A stretch of DNA of 64,000 nucleotides, from contig JALDZX010000022.1 of the NCBI GenBank assembly GCA_022813865.1, positions 1 to 64,000 of the forward strand, read 5' to 3'. Under the pieces are notes generated by a model, which saw nothing but the letters and a program-made list of their open reading frames with translations, did no database searches and was not told the origin of the DNA. Positions 59,399 to 64,000 of the stretch are shown here, piece after piece. Origin of the DNA: Xylographa opegraphella (taxonomy: Eukaryota). A program made the translations under genes and the position numbers. Position 1 is the stretch's first letter; each line of letters starts with the position of its first letter.

Positions 59399-61339
59399 TT
59401 AAGCTCCTGAGCCCTTAAGCAGATCACTCCCAGCTTGTCGAATCCTTTTCATTTCCTTGTCGACTCGTAGCGATGCCCCGCCGACTGTCTGTTCGCGGTG
59501 GGATATCTCTTCCTCATACTTCGTTGCAATCTTCCTCTTTTCTTGTCTAGCGTCTTTGTACTTGGTCAGGATGTCTGAAAACAGCCCCAATACCATATCG
59601 CCACATTCCTCATATTTGTCCATCGTCAACGACGAAAAGAAAGAGTATAGCTTTTCTGATCGCTGTTCATCTGTGAGATCTTTCAAGTCCTTAACAAATT
59701 CAAATTGCTTGATTAGCGGCCCGGAGCGAACTTCTTCAGGAAATATTTGGACAGAACCTGTAGGGTCGAAGTCGAAACTCTCAGACCTGAGCTGATCGTA
59801 AGTTGTCTTGGACAACTGATCTTCGGTGTAGTCTAGATCAATGATACGCTTCTGACCACGTGCTGATATCACTTCAGACTGGTGAGGTAGTTGGCCGACA
59901 GTTGGGTTCTTACGAAGGGGCAGTACTTTTTCATCGACCCTCACCTCATACGGCGGCGAGTATAACAAATTCTCGTTCAAGTCTACGCCAGATACGGGAG
60001 GTTCAGGTGTTCTGCCATTGCTCCATTCCTGGGAAATATAATGGATTTTCTGAAGCTGTACCGACCGCTGTTGATCTTCTCCTGCTAAAGTTTGATCGTG
60101 TACGGTGTCATGATGATGCTGTCGGGAGGTATTAGCTGGTTGTCGAGCCACTTCCATCGAATGGTGGTGTTGCAGCGGTCTTGAAGGTCTTGCCTGGGCA
60201 GATGTGGTGTTTTTAGTCAACACTGAAACACACAGACTTTCACCTGTAGGTCTCACAGAAGTCTGACTTCGTGGGTTTGACTGTAACACATCCATACCTG
60301 AAGGGGATCGGAAGTTTGCTGCATACGCATTTCTACCTTGCTGATGTGTAATCGCCAGACTTTCGGAGCCTTTTGCCGATGGAATATGAAAAAAGCCAGG
60401 ACTGCTTGACCTACCGCGATACACTACTTCGCGGCATGGGAGGTGGCCCGGGAGATCCAAATCCTCGGCCTCATGGTCGGAAGTTGGTGGAAATCTAAGG
60501 TTTCCAAGTGAACCTCCGGGAACCTGTTGATTGGGATGAATTGTATTCTGCATTGCATCGAGTTCTCTTTCTAGTGCTTGTGCCGTAGCTGGTGGTATCA
60601 AAGCACTCATACTGGAAATATCGAGGGTGGGATCATCTTCAGCTCCCTCACCCTCCCTAGTGCTATCGGACTCGCTGTCATCTTCGTCTTCGGCGTAATC
60701 GGCGCCCTCCCATACATTATAGCGTCCATGAGATCGAGCAGCCATATAACCGGCGTGATCCATTCCAAAGGACTCAACATGCGTAGATATACCACGTACA
60801 TTGTCACTGTCAACTGGCTCCTGTGTGTTACCGCCTTCATCATAAGTCGCTACAGATTGGTTGTGATGAGTCTGGCTGTCTCCTACCTGGACGCCATCAC
60901 TTATCGTCGTGGTATCATCGAAATCGTCGCCAATATCAGTATCAAACCCATCGCGATTATTGTTCTGATGCTGCAAAGGATCTGCTTCGACTATATGAGC
61001 GACCAAGTCCTTGGAGTCCTTGGAGGGCCATGGTAGTTCGGCATCTGGATGAGATGCAACCTCTGACAAGTTCACAGGATCTGGGGCTGCAAACAAAGGC
61101 CTAGAATGCTCTAATCTCGTCGGCTGCTGCTGAATGCGAGCATTTTGGCCTGCTAGCTGCCGTCGCGAGTTGATGGCTGGAGTTAATGGGTAATTTGTCC
61201 TGTTAACCTTGTATTGACGGGATAGCCCATTCTGCGGGTTGATATTTCTGACATCGGGCAAAGCATGACGCTTTAAGGCATCATCGTGAGAAGGACTTTT
61301 TACATAATCAAACAGCGGTTTCTGTTGAGGAATAGTCAT
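59399..61339 (-). CDS. ECM11 C-terminal domain protein
   Basis: Disordered N-terminus, then LDYTEDQLSKTTYDQLRSESFDFDP...FFSSLTMDKYEECGD... and a coiled-coil C-terminus. Confidence 0.8.
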   Translation of the reverse strand: MTIPQQKPLFDYVKSPSHDDALKRHALPDVRNINPQNGLSRQYKVNRTNYPLTPAINSRRQLAGQNARIQQQPTRLEHSRPLFAAPDPVNLSEVASHPDAELPWPSKDSKDLVAHIVEADPLQHQNNNRDGFDTDIGDDFDDTTTISDGVQVGDSQTHHNQSVATYDEGGNTQEPVDSDNVRGISTHVESFGMDHAGYMAARSHGRYNVWEGADYAEDEDDSESDSTREGEGAEDDPTLDISSMSALIPPATAQALERELDAMQNTIHPNQQVPGGSLGNLRFPPTSDHEAEDLDLPGHLPCREVVYRGRSSSPGFFHIPSAKGSESLAITHQQGRNAYAANFRSPSGMDVLQSNPRSQTSVRPTGESLCVSVLTKNTTSAQARPSRPLQHHHSMEVARQPANTSRQHHHDTVHDQTLAGEDQQRSVQLQKIHYISQEWSNGRTPEPPVSGVDLNENLLYSPPYEVRVDEKVLPLRKNPTVGQLPHQSEVISARGQKRIIDLDYTEDQLSKTTYDQLRSESFDFDPTGSVQIFPEEVRSGPLIKQFEFVKDLKDLTDEQRSEKLYSFFSSLTMDKYEECGDMVLGLFSDILTKYKDARQEKRKIATKYEEEISHREQTVGGASLRVDKEMKRIRQAGSDLLKGSGA

Positions 61340-61777
61340 ATGGAAGTGCCTTAAATGGCCGATCGAACGTATTGTCTAAAAGAGACTACGAAGAGCCGAC
61401 GTACACTTCCCTATGTACCTAGCTTGATCTTCGCTCACAATCTGAAGAGGAGCTTGAGTGAATAAAACAGAAGAGTTTGGAAAGGTCCCAGGTGATGAAC
61501 AGCAATAAATAGTGACATTGATAGAATAACGAAGTCATCGGCAGCTTGACAGACAGGTTGAATACCTCCTGAGAACACTAGTATCCATAAGGCTGCGGTT
61601 CTGGGGCTAGCTCAACTCCCGCGCCTTGCTGAATGGAGACAGCTCACGCTCCACGTTTCCATAATTCTTCAAGAACTTTGACGCACACGAGAGCTTCTAC
61701 CAAACACATAACTATAAGGGTTTTTCCAAAGAGATTGCTGTCTCAATAATGACCTCTCTATAAGAAAAACTTCAGCA

Positions 61778-62830
61778 ATGGCCATGATGGCAAGTGGGCC
61801 ATCAGGGAATTCCTATGAGCAATTCGGGAACGACACGATAGAGCAGGATCTGATCGACCCCGACGATGGTAATTTAGCCGTTCCTGCGTTCTATTCATAA
61901 GCTAAACTTCCATTATAAGCCACCATTGACGACCTTGATGATCCGCTGCAATCAGATCGGGCGCCACTGACTGGCAATATTCAATCATCATCACGAAATG
62001 ACACCTCGCAATCATATCTCAATTCAGCAATACAAGGAGAAGACCGGCGCGCCCCGATTAACACGATTGATGAATCCGTATGGGATACGTTGTCGAGAGA
62101 TCTGAGAGCGTCTTGGGGAAAATTGCGATTAGTCTTGTGGCCAAAATACCTTTTGGGCGGTTTACTTCAGCGTGAAGGTGGTCTAGGGGGATTAGAAAGA
62201 GGCGAAGGGGGTTCTCTGGCTGGGGGCTTGAGAGGAATTGCGGGCAGAATTCCCGATGCCGATATGTTGCTTGAGGGCGGGATGAGCGAAGGATTGCGAG
62301 ACTGGGATCTCTGGTATCTATTGCTCTTTGCGAGCTTTAAGAGTTCGAGTCTTATAGATCCGGAACTGACGACGTTGCTCAGGGGCCCACTCGTGTTCTC
62401 ACTCCTATTAAGCCTGTTGTTGTCAAGTACGGCTGCGAAGAAGGATGTTGCCTTCACTGGTGTATTTGCTTTGGTCTGGATTGGGTCAGTGGCAGTAACA
62501 TTCCAGATACGGCTGTTGGGAGGAAAGATGTGAGCGAAGCGCACTCTTCGGTCGAAGGACCATGCTGACCTGCATCGTAGTGCCTTCTTCCAGACCATTT
62601 GTATTATTGGTTACACACTGTTTCCACTTGTCATTTCGGCGTTCTTGAGTGCGATTGGTCTCAAACTCATCCCTCGAATACCAATATATCTTGTTTTACT
62701 AACTTGGTCACTGGCAGCTGGAGTCAGTATTCTAGGGGGTTCAGGGGTGGTTAGGAATCGTGTCGGACTGGCAGTATACCCACTATTTGTATTCTACCTG
62801 GGGCTGGGCTGTCTTTGTTTCATCAGTTAG
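61778..62830 (+). CDS. Yip1-domain protein (Yip4/YIPF6-like); exons 61778-61868, 61920-62313, 62383-62529, 62581-62830
   Basis: NTIDESVWDTLSRDL, LRDWDLW|GPLVFSLLLS, LLGGKI|AFFQTICIIGYTLFPL, LAVYPLFVFY. Confidence 0.88.
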
Positions 62831-63630
62831 CTGTACTATTTAGCGCTCCGCTATCTGGCTGGAAATATCTCGAATACCAATCACTCCCCGGTGGCTGATG
62901 GTACCGTTCATACTGTCTCAATTTCATTGATTTTGACATTGACGACCGTCATGCGTCGTATATCACTGGACAATCTTGGCTGTCTTCCGACGCACTTCTT
63001 TGACTCTTATGCTCCAGATTAGAATTAATGGCAGACTAATCTCCGCCCACAATTATTACACATTGTACCTAATCGTGGGCTGGGAAAGATCTGGTGGACC
63101 GAGCTGCGGGGCAAATAGGACCTAGGATGACACCACTAATTTCAGCACCATCGCCCTATGATCGCCGTGCGTTCTTGGATGATTTCACGTAGACGACTCG
63201 TGCCACGTCCTTGTACCGTTGTTGATGTACTTGTATATGACGCCCTCCCCTGCATACATCTCATCCCAGTCCTGACAAACCTTGACGAGATATCCGGTTT
63301 GTAGCAGAAGCGGACAGTCACTTTATCGCTCAACTCAATCGGTAATCTGAGACTGCAGAATGATTCGATGCCAAACTGACATTGTAATGAGATAGGCGCT
63401 TCTAATCACCTACCACGAGCAGCTTTTCCCTGTCTCGGAGCCTGTTAACCGAATACTTCGGAGCAATCTACTACTCTTTGTGAGTTACCACATGACTTTT
63501 TGGCACGAGTTAGTCACATCGCACGCAAAGAACGGCACACTCGATCTCCGCAATTTCTGCGCTTTTAGCACCTTAGAGGCTTTCTTTCCTTCTGCTACTC
63601 AACACCCTGGGTCTTGGATATATGTCGGGT

Positions 63631-64000
63631 ATGACGCGAACGGCACAACGTCAAAGCCCCCCACGGGACAGCGGGCTTGGGCGCTCTCCAGAATTACCAG
63701 AGACAAGGAAGCCCCACCCAACACATCTTGCCCCGTCTGGCGATTCTGCTAGCGACGGTGATGCTGGAGAGCGGCCTATACGCGAGAAACTAAAGAAGAC
63801 GTCTATCGCATCTATACCAAAGTATGGCATTGCGGAAGCCAATGCCTCTCTTGACGAAAATGAAGAACACTCTGATACGATCATGGCATCCCAGGAGGCT
63901 ACGGAAGAGACACCCCCGGAGGTACAGCAGGTGGCTGTCGAAGTCATAGAAAGAGGCAGGCCTCATAAAAAACGTTCTTTTGACGATATCGATGTGGTCG
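63631..64000 (+). CDS. 5' part of a gene running off the window; possibly a RanBD/Nup56-Yrb2-like protein
   Basis: Open frame from ATG 63631 to the window end with SDGDAGERPIREKLKKTSIA and NLS-like RGRPHKKRSFDD. Family assignment is from memory of similar N-termini. Confidence 0.6.
   Translation, partial: MTRTAQRQSPPRDSGLGRSPELPETRKPHPTHLAPSGDSASDGDAGERPIREKLKKTSIASIPKYGIAEANASLDENEEHSDTIMASQEATEETPPEVQQVAVEVIERGRPHKKRSFDDIDVV

Noticed and set aside
62314..62382. In-frame 69-nt stretch read through in the Yip1 ORF
   Set aside because: It is a normal intron (GTATCT...CTGAC...CAG) interrupting the conserved DLWGPL motif.

Overview
Nuclear DNA from a filamentous ascomycete (Pezizomycotina), with short GT-AG introns and CTRAY branch points. 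I reconstructed about 22 protein-coding genes by hand. Housekeeping genes include CTK1, FOL2, YAR1, GTR1, MSB2, PPT2, HIS2, a six-exon FKBP12 absent from the ORF track, an RBR E3 ligase, an ECM11-domain gene and a Yip1 gene. An accessory-looking block at about 20.6-31.2 kb holds a GNAT, an O-methyltransferase, a HET-domain gene, an unknown membrane protein, a TIR/MITE element and an assembly gap. The main finding is that both tRNA genes I could find, tRNA-Arg(CCT) at 43824-43973 and tRNA-Pro(CGG) at 58736-58890, carry a normal anticodon-loop intron plus a second 54-55 nt intron with full mRNA-type spliceosomal signals. These second introns split the Pol III B-box (Arg) and A-box (Pro). Removing them at the GT/AG boundaries restores a complete 72-nt cloverleaf in each case, which suggests spliceosome-dependent tRNA maturation. 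All calls are by eye and no searches were run.
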